Of a DNA stretch of 64,000 bases, positions 28,848-38,856 are shown piece after piece. Position numbers and translations under genes: made by a program. Within the stretch, counting starts at the first letter, position 1. Each line of letters starts with the position of its first letter. The DNA is from Terriglobia bacterium (GTDB lineage: Bacteria > Acidobacteriota > Terriglobia > Bryobacterales > JACQDG01). The notes under the pieces are model-generated. The model ran no database searches and was not told the DNA's origin. It worked only from the letters and a program-made list of their open reading frames with translations. The stretch covers positions 96-64,095 of the forward strand of contig JBGPDC010000005.1 in NCBI GenBank assembly GCA_041482115.1, given 5' to 3'.

Positions 28848-29125
28848 CGTTGCGATGAGCCGTTTCGAATCTCCCTTAAGGCCTCCGCGAGCGGCAGGCC
28901 TCCTTCGACGTCGAGTTCATCGAGCGCCGCGATGATTCCGTCCTCTTCTTCGGGAGACAGCGCCGTAGGATTATCCACAGGCTCCACGACATACTGACCG
29001 GGGGGAAGTTCTCGAAACTCGGCGGGGAGGTTCCGCCCATCCCGGTCCACAACCGGAGGCCGGTCCACCCCATCCCTCCGAACGGCACTCGTTTCGGGAG
29101 GTGGCTTGCTGCTGTGTTCAGCCAT
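28844..29125 (-). CDS. Putative antitoxin for the ParE-like toxin
   Basis: Acidic C-terminus LSPEEEDGIIAALDEL; translationally coupled to the parE remnant. Confidence 0.7.
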   Translation of the reverse strand: MAEHSSKPPPETSAVRRDGVDRPPVVDRDGRNLPAEFRELPPGQYVVEPVDNPTALSPEEEDGIIAALDELDVEGGLPLAEALREIRNGSSQR

Positions 29126-29159
29126 TACCCGTCTCCGTTTCTCGACGAGCCTAATCGGC

Positions 29160-32100
29160 TCACTTTTCACGCCTTGCTCGGTTCGTACCCTCGGCTATTC
29201 CCGTTGTAACGGTCCATTCCGGACCAGGGTCGGGCAGGTACTTCACGATGTCTTCCTTCCGCCCATAACGTTGGACACCGTTCGGAGTTAGCACATAAAG
29301 ATACAACTCGATAGTCGACTCCTCCCAGAAAAGGACCGGCTTGGGATTCGCGCGCTTCCTATTAACCGAACCTCGCAGCAGATGCCATAGCTGGGGAAGG
29401 AAATCTGGATCGCGGTCCCTCAGACCCTCAAACAAATCCCACGCTGCTCTCCGCATAATGAGAAGGAGCCACGACGCTGACTTTCCCCTGCTAGACAACA
29501 ACTCCGTCTGGCGAGGCAGTGGGTCCACAGCGTCTTGAAATGCTTCCTGACACCATTTCCGGCAGTCTTCGGAAGCAGCCCTCACGACGGTGTTTGCTCG
29601 GTTCCACAGAAGCCCGGACCGTTCGCCGTCGTAAGCGTTTATGCTCGCGCCAGACAAGCTAGACCAGCCGGCGGGGAACCGCGGCAGCAGCAGTGCACCA
29701 GGTTCAACGGGATTTGGCCCGGAAGTCCAAATTGGAGCTAGCTGCAGACGATACGTACCGTAAAGCAAAACCTTGTGTGGCTCTACGTGTGACGAGTGCC
29801 AGGTAATCGCGTCGACGTAACCGGTGCGGAGCAGTTGTGAGGGTAGCACTGGCGCGGCTTTCCAAAACGCTCCACCTCGGTGGTACTTGCCAAGATAAAC
29901 GGTCGGAAATGTCAGCGAACTCCATGACGACCTGCCCTGAGGTCCACCGGAAGTGATCCAGTTGAGGGGGGCCTTTCGAGACAGGGGCCTTCGTGCGAGT
30001 CTATGGTTCAGCGTGGCATATTGGGAGGTTTCGTTCTGTTTAAGAAAATATTCCAATAACGCACTCGCCGCGCTGTAAGCATGTGTCATCACTTCGATCG
30101 AAGCGGCACTCAGCTTCATCGCACTACGGTTCACCGAGAGTCTGCCAGCCTTCGGATGGGTCCAGTTCCACTCGATATAACAAAGGTCATGGCGATAGGA
30201 AGACTGATCTGCGTGTACCGTCATTCCCTTCCACGCATATTGGTGACGGGCGTAAGGTACAAAGGCATAACCGTCGCCGATTCTCTCAAGTAGCCGCTCC
30301 GACCCCTGATCCCGCACGCGCAAGAAGCCCAAAGATGCGCCACCCGGCAGCTCGAAGTATGGGAGGTGTAAGCGGAAGTGCCCCATGCCATCGGGCAACG
30401 TGCCCTCTCGAGTGAGCCAATGCAAGGCACGTCTCCCCTCATCCTGCGCCTGAGCGAGCTCCCCCTCTTTCGACTCTCGCTCCAGGCGTTGGCTCGTCGA
30501 CAACAATTCCGCAGGTGTCTGCCTCTCACGGTCCCATCGATGGGGCTCCATCTGCGCTAGGACCTGCAGCGTCCGAGCATCAGCACCCTGGACCCAGCCT
30601 ACACTGCAAGAGATCGCGTCGCACCCAGGGAGAACGGAGTCGAGCTGAAATCCGCACGGGATGTGCACGAGGGCTTCGGCCAAGTAAGCAGCAAGTTTTC
30701 GATACCATACACTCGCGTCTGGCACCACCGCTGGCCGTAGGTGGAGTCGCACCTTCGACCCTGGGGGCGCCTTCAAGTCCGGAAGAAGCTCGCCGAACGA
30801 TCCAATACCATCGCTCTCGAAGATCCATCCGATTGCATCTGAGTCGCCTGCTTCCTGACTCCTCTTGGTCTGGATGATAACGCGGTCCGCAAGCATGAAG
30901 TACGTCAACACGCCGATCCCAAATTGCCCCGTGCGCTCCACTGAGAATCCCTCTTGCTGGCACCTGCGTTCCAAAGAGAGAATGTCGTGCCTGCGCGCCG
31001 CGCCGCTGACTAGCAAGTGGTCACGGATGATCGTCTTTGTCATGCCCACCCCACGATCGGTGCAGCTGAGCCAGACGCCATCTGATGCTTTCTCGAGCCG
31101 CACCTCCACGCGGTGGAACGCCGCGAGGCGCTGCCCAAGTTGAGGATCGCCGGGGTTGGGCTGAGCGAGCCGCTCATAGGCAATCTGCTCACGCACGGCA
31201 TCAAAGGCATTCTGGAGCAGTTCCCGAACAGCCACCATCTCACTTCCGTAAAGCTCGAGGCCGGACAGCAGTTCGAGCAGCTTACGGGTATCCGGGCGAA
31301 AAGCTCCGTCGATGTATTCGTAAGCGCCATCTTTCGGTGCGACGTCTCGGTGTACGGAGGAAGGGAGATCCCAACGATGGGGCTGATCCTCGTGCAGACC
31401 GGGGCAGAATTTGAAGTCAGTTTCATCCGCGAGCTGCCGGCACAGGCGAAGCTCATCGTCGACGGCATTCAAGGTGTCTTCAATCGCCCGATGTATACGG
31501 GCAGAGCCTGGGCGCGCCGAGGCGACTAAGCGAGCGCCTTCTTGAACCAGAGATATTGCCTTGTCCTTCCACCAAAAGATCACACTGTTTGGGCTGATAT
31601 CACGATGCCTGAGAATTACCTCAGGGGTTCTTTCCGGGTCGAAGTCAAGGATGTCGGCGACTCGCAGCACGGCTGCGAGGTACCTCAGGTGCACCACAGC
31701 GCCCGGCGACCCAACTGGCCTGGCATTGAATCGCGACCTGGTGAGCTCATCGCGCCCATAGTGATGACTCCGGCAGAGAGTGACTAAATCGTTCAGCCAG
31801 TCACCGTAGCTACCCAGCGCGACCTTAGCCAACTCCTTCGTCATCCACTCGGCGCTCCAGTCGTTGTGCCGGTGGCGGGAATAGTAAGTGATGATCTCCC
31901 GTGCAAGCAGGAGGGCATCCGACGTGATCGCATCCTTCGCCAGTGGGGGCACGATTTCATAGCCTGAATCGTCCAGCCAGCGTTGGAATTCCTGTACTTC
32001 CTCCTGGCCGAGACCACCGGCGTCTCCGGTGATCAGAAACGTGTAGTGGCGATTCACCTTCTGCTGCTCGGGCGTCATTCCGATGTCATGCAGGTACGCC

Positions 32101-32360
32101 GCGAGCAAGAGCAGTGCTAGTTCGTACGAGGAAAGCTTTGGTAGAACATCGCCAGGAATGATCTGCGTCATCCTTTCCGCGACGCGGAAGGAGTGCTCGG
32201 CGTCATGAAGCGTGAAGTCGGTGGGCGAAGTTCCCCCCTGGGAAAGAATTCTCTGGATATCCGGCAGAATTTGATGGAGGGTGGCCCTCACTGCCTCCGC
32301 GGTCGGGCCTTCATGCTGGGTAAGTTCTTGGAAAAGTCGCGTTTCACACCAATCTGTCAT
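29160..32360 (-). CDS. HD-domain plus HSP90-like (GHKL) ATPase protein
   Basis: FTLHDAEHS, AYLHDIGM, CRSHH, LRVADILD; RELLQNAFDA, DRGVGM, GQFGIGVLTYFM; visibly lower GC than flanks. Confidence 0.85.
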   Translation of the reverse strand: MTDWCETRLFQELTQHEGPTAEAVRATLHQILPDIQRILSQGGTSPTDFTLHDAEHSFRVAERMTQIIPGDVLPKLSSYELALLLLAAYLHDIGMTPEQQKVNRHYTFLITGDAGGLGQEEVQEFQRWLDDSGYEIVPPLAKDAITSDALLLAREIITYYSRHRHNDWSAEWMTKELAKVALGSYGDWLNDLVTLCRSHHYGRDELTRSRFNARPVGSPGAVVHLRYLAAVLRVADILDFDPERTPEVILRHRDISPNSVIFWWKDKAISLVQEGARLVASARPGSARIHRAIEDTLNAVDDELRLCRQLADETDFKFCPGLHEDQPHRWDLPSSVHRDVAPKDGAYEYIDGAFRPDTRKLLELLSGLELYGSEMVAVRELLQNAFDAVREQIAYERLAQPNPGDPQLGQRLAAFHRVEVRLEKASDGVWLSCTDRGVGMTKTIIRDHLLVSGAARRHDILSLERRCQQEGFSVERTGQFGIGVLTYFMLADRVIIQTKRSQEAGDSDAIGWIFESDGIGSFGELLPDLKAPPGSKVRLHLRPAVVPDASVWYRKLAAYLAEALVHIPCGFQLDSVLPGCDAISCSVGWVQGADARTLQVLAQMEPHRWDRERQTPAELLSTSQRLERESKEGELAQAQDEGRRALHWLTREGTLPDGMGHFRLHLPYFELPGGASLGFLRVRDQGSERLLERIGDGYAFVPYARHQYAWKGMTVHADQSSYRHDLCYIEWNWTHPKAGRLSVNRSAMKLSAASIEVMTHAYSAASALLEYFLKQNETSQYATLNHRLARRPLSRKAPLNWITSGGPQGRSSWSSLTFPTVYLGKYHRGGAFWKAAPVLPSQLLRTGYVDAITWHSSHVEPHKVLLYGTYRLQLAPIWTSGPNPVEPGALLLPRFPAGWSSLSGASINAYDGERSGLLWNRANTVVRAASEDCRKWCQEAFQDAVDPLPRQTELLSSRGKSASWLLLIMRRAAWDLFEGLRDRDPDFLPQLWHLLRGSVNRKRANPKPVLFWEESTIELYLYVLTPNGVQRYGRKEDIVKYLPDPGPEWTVTTGIAEGTNRARREK

Positions 32361-32434
32361 GCTAGCTCCGCACCGTATCCCCACCTACTATAGCCGGTAT
32401 GTCCCTTTATGGGGACAGAGCGTAGCCCGGCCTG

Positions 32435-32462
32435 AAAAAAAAGGGCGGCCTCGCGGCCGCCC
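32435..32462 (-). terminator. Rho-independent terminator of the PFOR operon
   Basis: Minus strand GGGCGGCC-gcga-GGCCGCCC followed by T8. Confidence 0.85.
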
Positions 32463-32498
32463 CTCGATAATCCGCTGGTCGAGTTGAGCCTGCGCCCG

Positions 32499-34097
32499 CT
32501 ACTTCACCCCCGCCAAATCCTGCAGCAGCCGCCAGTTCTCCAACCGGTCCTGCTGGGCCGAGAGAATGGTTGGGGAAGGATTCCCTTCCTTGTCGAAGTG
32601 CTTGGCGAAGCGGCCCTCGGTCCTGGCGAAGGCGCAGAAGTCGACCTGCTCGCCGGTCTTCGGGTTGACGTACCAGTCTTCCTTCACGTTCGGATTCCCA
32701 ACCAGGCTCAGCCGCTCGCGGAACCGCGCGCCCTTGCGCGGGTCGTAGATGAACACCGGGAAGGCGCGGGAATCGGCAGCGAGCTTGGCCTGGTGCTCCG
32801 CCATGTTGTCGGCCACGCCGTGCTCCGGCTGGCAGGTCGTGAACACGTTCACGATCGCCGGACCCGGGTAAGCGTTCGCCTCCATCACCGCCTTGTAGAA
32901 GTGGTTCTGGTGGGCGCACGTGGTCTGGGCCACGTAAACGTCCTTGTGCATCATGCAGATGCTGGCCAGCTCCTTGCGGTTCTCCTTTTTGCCGTGGATC
33001 ACCTTGCCGTGGAAGCTCATCTTGGCGTCCTGGCCCTTGAAAGAGCTGGTCGACGTCTGGCCGCCGGTGTTCGAGTAGACCTGGGTATCGAGCACCAGGA
33101 CCTTGATGTCCGCGCCGGAAGCCAGCATGCGCGAGAGCGATTGGAAGCCGATGTCATTCATCGCGCCGTCGCCGCCCAGCACCCACAGCCGCTTGTCCTT
33201 CCAACCGAGCTGGTCCCAGCGGGCCCGCACGCCCATGGCGTCGGCCGGAGCGTTCTCAAACAGCGAGTTGGTCCACGGAATCTTGTAGGGATTGTAGGGA
33301 TAGGTCGAGGTGTAAACCGTATTGCAGCCGGTGGCCGCCACCATCCCGACGTTCTCCGCGCCGTAGACGAAGCCGGTGGCCGCGAGCATCATCCGGATCG
33401 CCGTCGCCTCGCCACAGCCCATGCAGCTTCCGGCGCCGCCCACGTAAAGGAGCGCGCGTTCCGTCAGCATCATGTCGGAGAGCGCCTTGTCGTTGATGTA
33501 TTTTTTGGGAGTCTCGGGCAGGCTGCGGAAGAAGTTGAAGGCGTCCTTATACCACAGGATGTTCTGGTCGTCCTTGCGGATCATCTTCAATGCATCGTGG
33601 TCGCCGCAGGCGTCCACACACTCCGCGCAGCCCTTACACTTCGTGGGGTCAATGAAGATGCCGAACTTGCCGCCGCCCACACCCTTCTTCTCGAGCACTG
33701 TGTAGTACTTATTGGTGACGGCCCACTGCTCGGCCATCTTCGTCCGCTCGGTCTCGCTGGTCATGCCCGCCAGGGCCTGCTCCAGGGTCTGGGGCTCGAC
33801 CACGCGCGCCAGGATGGCAGTGTCGGGGCACTGCGTCACGCAGTCCATGCAGCCCACACAGTTCACGGTAATGAACTCGGGGATGTCGGGCGCGATGTAG
33901 CTGAAATCTCGCAAGGCGCCGGTGCCGGCCGGGATGACGCTGCGCGCCATCTGGACGTCCGCTTCGAGGCCTTTTTCCGCGCTGCCGTCGTTATAAGCGC
34001 CGACGACACGGTCGTTGAAGTCGGCGACGTCCACGACGTTGACGCGAAAATCCTGCAGCTTCTGCTCCAGGGAAAGAGTGATCGGTTCGGTGGCCAA
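32499..34097 (-). CDS. Pyruvate:ferredoxin oxidoreductase, 4Fe-4S and TPP-binding subunit
   Basis: CVGCMDCVTQCP, CKGCAECVDAC, SCMGCGE, GGDGAM..YSNTGGQ; TTG start after AGGAG. Confidence 0.9.
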   Translation of the reverse strand: MATEPITLSLEQKLQDFRVNVVDVADFNDRVVGAYNDGSAEKGLEADVQMARSVIPAGTGALRDFSYIAPDIPEFITVNCVGCMDCVTQCPDTAILARVVEPQTLEQALAGMTSETERTKMAEQWAVTNKYYTVLEKKGVGGGKFGIFIDPTKCKGCAECVDACGDHDALKMIRKDDQNILWYKDAFNFFRSLPETPKKYINDKALSDMMLTERALLYVGGAGSCMGCGEATAIRMMLAATGFVYGAENVGMVAATGCNTVYTSTYPYNPYKIPWTNSLFENAPADAMGVRARWDQLGWKDKRLWVLGGDGAMNDIGFQSLSRMLASGADIKVLVLDTQVYSNTGGQTSTSSFKGQDAKMSFHGKVIHGKKENRKELASICMMHKDVYVAQTTCAHQNHFYKAVMEANAYPGPAIVNVFTTCQPEHGVADNMAEHQAKLAADSRAFPVFIYDPRKGARFRERLSLVGNPNVKEDWYVNPKTGEQVDFCAFARTEGRFAKHFDKEGNPSPTILSAQQDRLENWRLLQDLAGVK

Positions 34098-34111
34098 TTC
34101 GGTTCTCCTAA

Positions 34112-36145
34112 CTAGATGACTCGCAGGGCGGCGGCGGCGTCGTCGCTGGCGGCCGTCGATTCCATGACTTCGCGCGGCACCTCGAACATCTCGGTGAAGC
34201 CGCGCCGCACGGCATTCAGGTTGTCCTGGACGACCTGCTCGCCGCGCTTGCCGAAGTATTTCCGCAGCGCCTTCTCGACCCCCATGAAAAGCTGCTCGTC
34301 GCTGATGCCGAGGGCCGACTGGAAGGGCGTCACCCGCAGGAACACGCCCAGCAGCACGATGCCCTGCATGCGCTGCTGCAGGTCGGCGAGAGACGATACC
34401 TCGCGTGCGATCTTTACCGTGTCGAGGGCGAAGAGGCGGACGTTCTTTTCGCGCAAGGTCTTGCGCGCCCACGCCGGCACCGCCGTCCAGACTTCGGCGG
34501 GGTCCGTCTTCTGGCTCTGCACGAAGACCATGCCGCTGTCGGAAAGCCCGGCGATGGGGTTTTCCAGGTTGAAAGCGTTGACGTCGTTGAGCGGGATGAA
34601 CTCCACGTGCTCGAGCTCGGAGTGGACGCGGATGTGCTCTTTGGCGATGGTGAGGTAATAGGTGGTCGGCAGACCCTTCTTTTCCGAGCCGTACTTGGGA
34701 TAGGCCTGCACGTCCATGCCGAACACCTCGCCGGCGATGGTGGCGATGACCTTGTTCGTCGTCACCGAGCCGTAGCCGCCGACCGAGTGGCCGCGCATCG
34801 AGAACGACCCCGCGCCGCGGACGTCCGGATCGTTTCCCACGTTGAGCGCCAGCGGATGCTTGATGCCCAGCGTGAAGTAAATCTTGCCGGTGCGGCTGCG
34901 CATGTTCTCGACGACCGCGATGAAGTCGCCGGCGCGGACGTCGCGGCTGCCCAGTCCCGCCGAGCCTCCGTAGAACTTGGGCATGTGGGTGAGTAGCGGG
35001 TAGCCCGGCGTTTCGGCCATGGCGTCGGCAAACGACGCCTTCAGCTCGCAGAGCTGCGGGTTGGCCTGCATCATCGGGATGTCGAGGCGCTCCAGTACCG
35101 ACACGGCCTTGCAGTGCTTCAGCGCGTTGACGATGTCGACCGAGGGGAAGGGGCGGAAGGAAGTGATGTGCAGCAGGCCAACTTTCCAGCCGTAATTGTC
35201 GCGCATGTAGTCGACGGCGGCCTCGGCCGTCTCCATCATGCAGCCCGACCCGACGATCGCGTAGTCGGCGTCGGCCAGCCGGTAGGAGGTCACGAGACCA
35301 TAGCGACGGCCGGTCAGCAGAAAGAACTCGTCCATCGCCTTCCGCAGCGCGGGCAGCACCGCATCGTAATACTTGCGCTGGGCAATCTTGCCCTTCATGT
35401 AGCTGTCCTGGTTCTGGACGACGCCCGACATCACGGGCACAGCCGGATCCATGTAGTTGCGCAGCTTTTGCGACGGGTGGCCGACGTACTGCTTCATCAG
35501 ATCCGGCTCGGGAAGCCGGACATTCTCGATGGTGTGCGTGGTGAGGAAGCCGTCCTGGACATTGAGGAAGGGGGTTTCGGTGTCTTCGGCGGTGCGGCGG
35601 GCGATCAGGGCGTAATCACCGGCCTCTTGCGCGTTGCGGGCGTAGAGTACGCCCCAGCCGCAATCCGATACCGCATAGACGTCGTCGTGGCCGGTGTGAA
35701 CATTTAATGAGTGAGATGTCAGAGCCCGCGCACCGATGTGAAACACGATCGGGAGGCGCTTGCCCGAGATGGTGAAGAGCACTTCCTTCATCAGCACCAG
35801 CCCCTGGCCCGAGGTGAAGTTGGTGACCCGGCCCCCGGCGACGGCAAAGCCTTCGCAGGTGGTAGCGGCGCTGTGCTCGGATTCGGGCTCGATGAAGGCT
35901 AACTCCTCGCCCCAGAGGTTATGCTTACCGTTGGCGACTTCGGCCTGGTACCCACCCCCCATGGTGGTGGAAGACGTGATCGGGTAGGCGCAGGCGCCCT
36001 GGGTGATGTGGGTCTCGACCCAGACGACCATACCGGCCCCGTCGGAGGTGGTAGGAATGCCTGGATAGGAAGGCTTGGACTCCTTTTCCCGGTCCCGTTG
36101 CAGGACATCAACGTCGAGGCGCGCACCGTTGACAACTGTACTCAT
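34112..36145 (-). CDS. Pyruvate:ferredoxin oxidoreductase, N-terminal (alpha/gamma domain) subunit
   Basis: AYPITSST, ESEHSA, TSGQGL, DGFLTTH, YGSEKKG. Confidence 0.9.
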   Translation of the reverse strand: MSTVVNGARLDVDVLQRDREKESKPSYPGIPTTSDGAGMVVWVETHITQGACAYPITSSTTMGGGYQAEVANGKHNLWGEELAFIEPESEHSAATTCEGFAVAGGRVTNFTSGQGLVLMKEVLFTISGKRLPIVFHIGARALTSHSLNVHTGHDDVYAVSDCGWGVLYARNAQEAGDYALIARRTAEDTETPFLNVQDGFLTTHTIENVRLPEPDLMKQYVGHPSQKLRNYMDPAVPVMSGVVQNQDSYMKGKIAQRKYYDAVLPALRKAMDEFFLLTGRRYGLVTSYRLADADYAIVGSGCMMETAEAAVDYMRDNYGWKVGLLHITSFRPFPSVDIVNALKHCKAVSVLERLDIPMMQANPQLCELKASFADAMAETPGYPLLTHMPKFYGGSAGLGSRDVRAGDFIAVVENMRSRTGKIYFTLGIKHPLALNVGNDPDVRGAGSFSMRGHSVGGYGSVTTNKVIATIAGEVFGMDVQAYPKYGSEKKGLPTTYYLTIAKEHIRVHSELEHVEFIPLNDVNAFNLENPIAGLSDSGMVFVQSQKTDPAEVWTAVPAWARKTLREKNVRLFALDTVKIAREVSSLADLQQRMQGIVLLGVFLRVTPFQSALGISDEQLFMGVEKALRKYFGKRGEQVVQDNLNAVRRGFTEMFEVPREVMESTAASDDAAAALRVI

Positions 36146-36371
36146 TGCCCCTCCCTAGGCTCGCGGCACACAGGGGCCGTCAAGCTCGCTAATCAATATA
36201 TTAGGTTACCAGATTAACCATCCTAATGCGAACTATAAAGGATACGGATAGTACGCCCCCTCCAAGTTCAGGCTGCCTTCTCAGGAAGGCCGGCCAAGGG
36301 GCCGGCCCGCGGGCGGGGCGCCCGCCCCACCTGGACGGTTTTTGATATAAGAGGAGCGGGATTTCTCCAAA

Positions 36372-38681
36372 ATGAACCGGAAACTGCAAGGCCTTTGGCT
36401 GGTGCTGGCCTGCCTGCTGCTCGCCCTACCCCTGCTCGGGCAGCATGACGACACCTACGTCGATGTGCTGGCGGTCGAGCAGGGCCTCCACGTCTACCGT
36501 GCCTACTGCTTTGGCTGCCACGGCGTGGACGGCACCAACGTCCCCGGCGTCGACTTTCGCACGGGGCAGTTCAAGCATGCCGCCACCCCTCGCGAGCTGG
36601 GCCAGGTGATTCGCACGGGGATTCCCGGGACGGCCATGCCCGCCTTTGAACTGCCCATGGCCGAGCTGCAAGGCGTCGTGGCGTATATCCGATCCCTGCA
36701 TGACTTCCAAGCCCGCGGGGTGAAGATCGGGGACGCAGGGCGCGGCCAGGCGGTGTTCGAGGGCAAGGGCCAATGCCTCACCTGCCATCGCGTGAACGAC
36801 AAAGGCTCGCGGGTCGCTCCGGACCTGAGCGAGGTGGGGGCGACGCATCCGCCGGACTCGCTCGAGCGCTCCCTGCTCGACCCGAATGGCTCCATGCTGC
36901 CGCAGAACCGGTCTCTCCGGGCGGTCACGCGCGAGGGGACGGTCGTCACCGGGCGACGGCTTAACGAAGACACCGACTCCGTGCAGCTCATCGACAACCA
37001 CGAGCGGCTGGTTTCGCTCGTCAAATCCGACCTGCGCGAGTTCACGATCCTCAAGACCTCGCCCATGCCTTCTTATAAGGACAAGTTAAGCGCCGAGGAG
37101 CGGGCCGACGTAATCGCGTATCTGGCCTCCCTAAAAGGGGTCGATCAACTGGCCACCAACACCAGTCTCGGCGGCCAGGTTACTTTCGACCGGATTCTCC
37201 ACGCCGACCGCGAGCCGCAGAACTGGCTCCTCTACAACGGCGGCTACGCGAGCAACCGCCACAGCCTGCTCAACCAGGTCACCCCGGCCAACGTCAAAAA
37301 CCTGGAGCAAAAGTGGATGTTCCAGGCCAATACGCTGCAGCCCTTCGAAACCACGCCGCTCGTAGTGGATGGCGTCATGTACCTGACGCAGCCGCCCAAC
37401 GACATCGTGGCGCTCGACGCCAAGACGGGGGCCATCTTCTGGGTGTATCAATATCGCGCGGCGCCGGCGCGGGTGTGCTGCGGGACCGTGAACCGCGGCC
37501 TGGCCATCCTGGGCGATACGCTGTTCATGGGAACGGTCGACGCCCACCTGGTCGCCGTCGATGCGAAAAGCGGGCGTCTCATCTGGAACGCCACGGCCGG
37601 GGATCCCAAGAACGCCGAATCGATCACGCACGCTCCCCTCGTCGTCAAGGACAAGGTCATCGTCGGCATCGCCGGCGCCGAGATGGCGATTCGCGGCCGT
37701 ATCATGGCCTACGACGTCCGCACGGGCAAGGAAGTCTGGCGGTTCAATACCATTCCCGGCCCCGGTGAGCCGGGCCACGAGACCTGGGGAGGCGAGTCGT
37801 GGAAGACCGGCGGCGGTTCGGTGTGGATCACCGGCTCCTACGACCCGGAACTCAACCTCACCTACTGGGGCATCGGCAACCCCTGGCCCGACATGGACGC
37901 GAGCGTCCGCCCGGGCGACAATCTCTACACCTGCTCGACGGTCGCGCTCGACCCCGACACCGGCAAGCTGAAGTGGCACTACCAGTTCACACCCGCCGAT
38001 CACAACGACTGGGACTCGACCCAAATCCCCGTGCTGGCCACCATCAATTGGAAGGGGAGTCCCCGCAAGGTCCTCATGTGGGCCAACCGGAACGCGTTCT
38101 TCTACGTCCTCGATCGCGAGACCGGGCAGTTTCTGCTGGGCAAGCCTTTCGTGAAGCAGAACTGGGCGGCCGGAATCGATGAGAACGGACGCCCCATCCG
38201 CGTGGCGAGCCCAGGCGCCGATGATCCGACTTACCCGGGCATCCAGGGCGGTTCCAACTGGTATTCGCCGTCCTTCAGCCCGCGCACCGGTCTCTTTTAT
38301 GTGACCTCGTGGGACGACTATTTCTCCGTCTTCCGCCGCAATCCGCTGCCTTGGCGGCGCGGCGCGATCAACACCTGGACCGACGACGCCGGGCACGGGG
38401 CATTGAAGGCGATCGACCCGCAGACGGGCGAGGCGAAGTGGGTGTTCCGGACCTACGACGTGTCGGACAGCGGGGTGCTGACGACGGCGTCGAACCTGCT
38501 TTTCACCGGCAACCGCGAGGGGTATTTCTACGCGCTGAACGCCACCAACGGGACGCCATTGTGGAAGGTGATGCTGGGGGGCGATGTGGCGGCGGGTCCG
38601 ATGACGTACCTGGCGGGCGGGAAGCAGTACATTGCCATCGCGGCGGGGCACGGGCTGTTTGTGTATGGGCTGCGGGAGTAG
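36372..38681 (+). CDS. Di-heme cytochrome c fused to PQQ-dependent alcohol dehydrogenase (quinohemoprotein)
   Basis: Signal peptide; CFGCH, CLTCH; VCCGTVNRG, GAEMAIRG, GNPWPD, DWD. Confidence 0.9.
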   Translation: MNRKLQGLWLVLACLLLALPLLGQHDDTYVDVLAVEQGLHVYRAYCFGCHGVDGTNVPGVDFRTGQFKHAATPRELGQVIRTGIPGTAMPAFELPMAELQGVVAYIRSLHDFQARGVKIGDAGRGQAVFEGKGQCLTCHRVNDKGSRVAPDLSEVGATHPPDSLERSLLDPNGSMLPQNRSLRAVTREGTVVTGRRLNEDTDSVQLIDNHERLVSLVKSDLREFTILKTSPMPSYKDKLSAEERADVIAYLASLKGVDQLATNTSLGGQVTFDRILHADREPQNWLLYNGGYASNRHSLLNQVTPANVKNLEQKWMFQANTLQPFETTPLVVDGVMYLTQPPNDIVALDAKTGAIFWVYQYRAAPARVCCGTVNRGLAILGDTLFMGTVDAHLVAVDAKSGRLIWNATAGDPKNAESITHAPLVVKDKVIVGIAGAEMAIRGRIMAYDVRTGKEVWRFNTIPGPGEPGHETWGGESWKTGGGSVWITGSYDPELNLTYWGIGNPWPDMDASVRPGDNLYTCSTVALDPDTGKLKWHYQFTPADHNDWDSTQIPVLATINWKGSPRKVLMWANRNAFFYVLDRETGQFLLGKPFVKQNWAAGIDENGRPIRVASPGADDPTYPGIQGGSNWYSPSFSPRTGLFYVTSWDDYFSVFRRNPLPWRRGAINTWTDDAGHGALKAIDPQTGEAKWVFRTYDVSDSGVLTTASNLLFTGNREGYFYALNATNGTPLWKVMLGGDVAAGPMTYLAGGKQYIAIAAGHGLFVYGLRE

Positions 38682-38685
38682 GGCT

Positions 38686-38764
38686 GGATTTCGGGCGCAG
38701 ATTTGCGCCCGAATATTAAGGCTTTAGAATCAATTGGTTACGAATACGTTTCAATTTCGACACG
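38686..38764. repeat. Palindrome plus IHF-box element, copy 1
   Basis: TTCGGGCGCA-gatt-TGCGCCCGAA, then AATCAAttggTTA matching WATCAAN4TTR; aligns with 45273-45349. Confidence 0.8.
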
Positions 38765-38856
38765 AGCAGGAACCTGAGGTGCGGCTTTTTTAGATAGTCG
38801 TTAGCTCGTGGGTTGTGGTTACAATGTAATTATCAGGTAGAGGAGGTACCACCACA

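Noticed and set aside
26981-29125. Integron cassette array
   Set aside because: Mixed orientations, no recognisable attC (RYYYAAC...GTTRRRY) and no integrase
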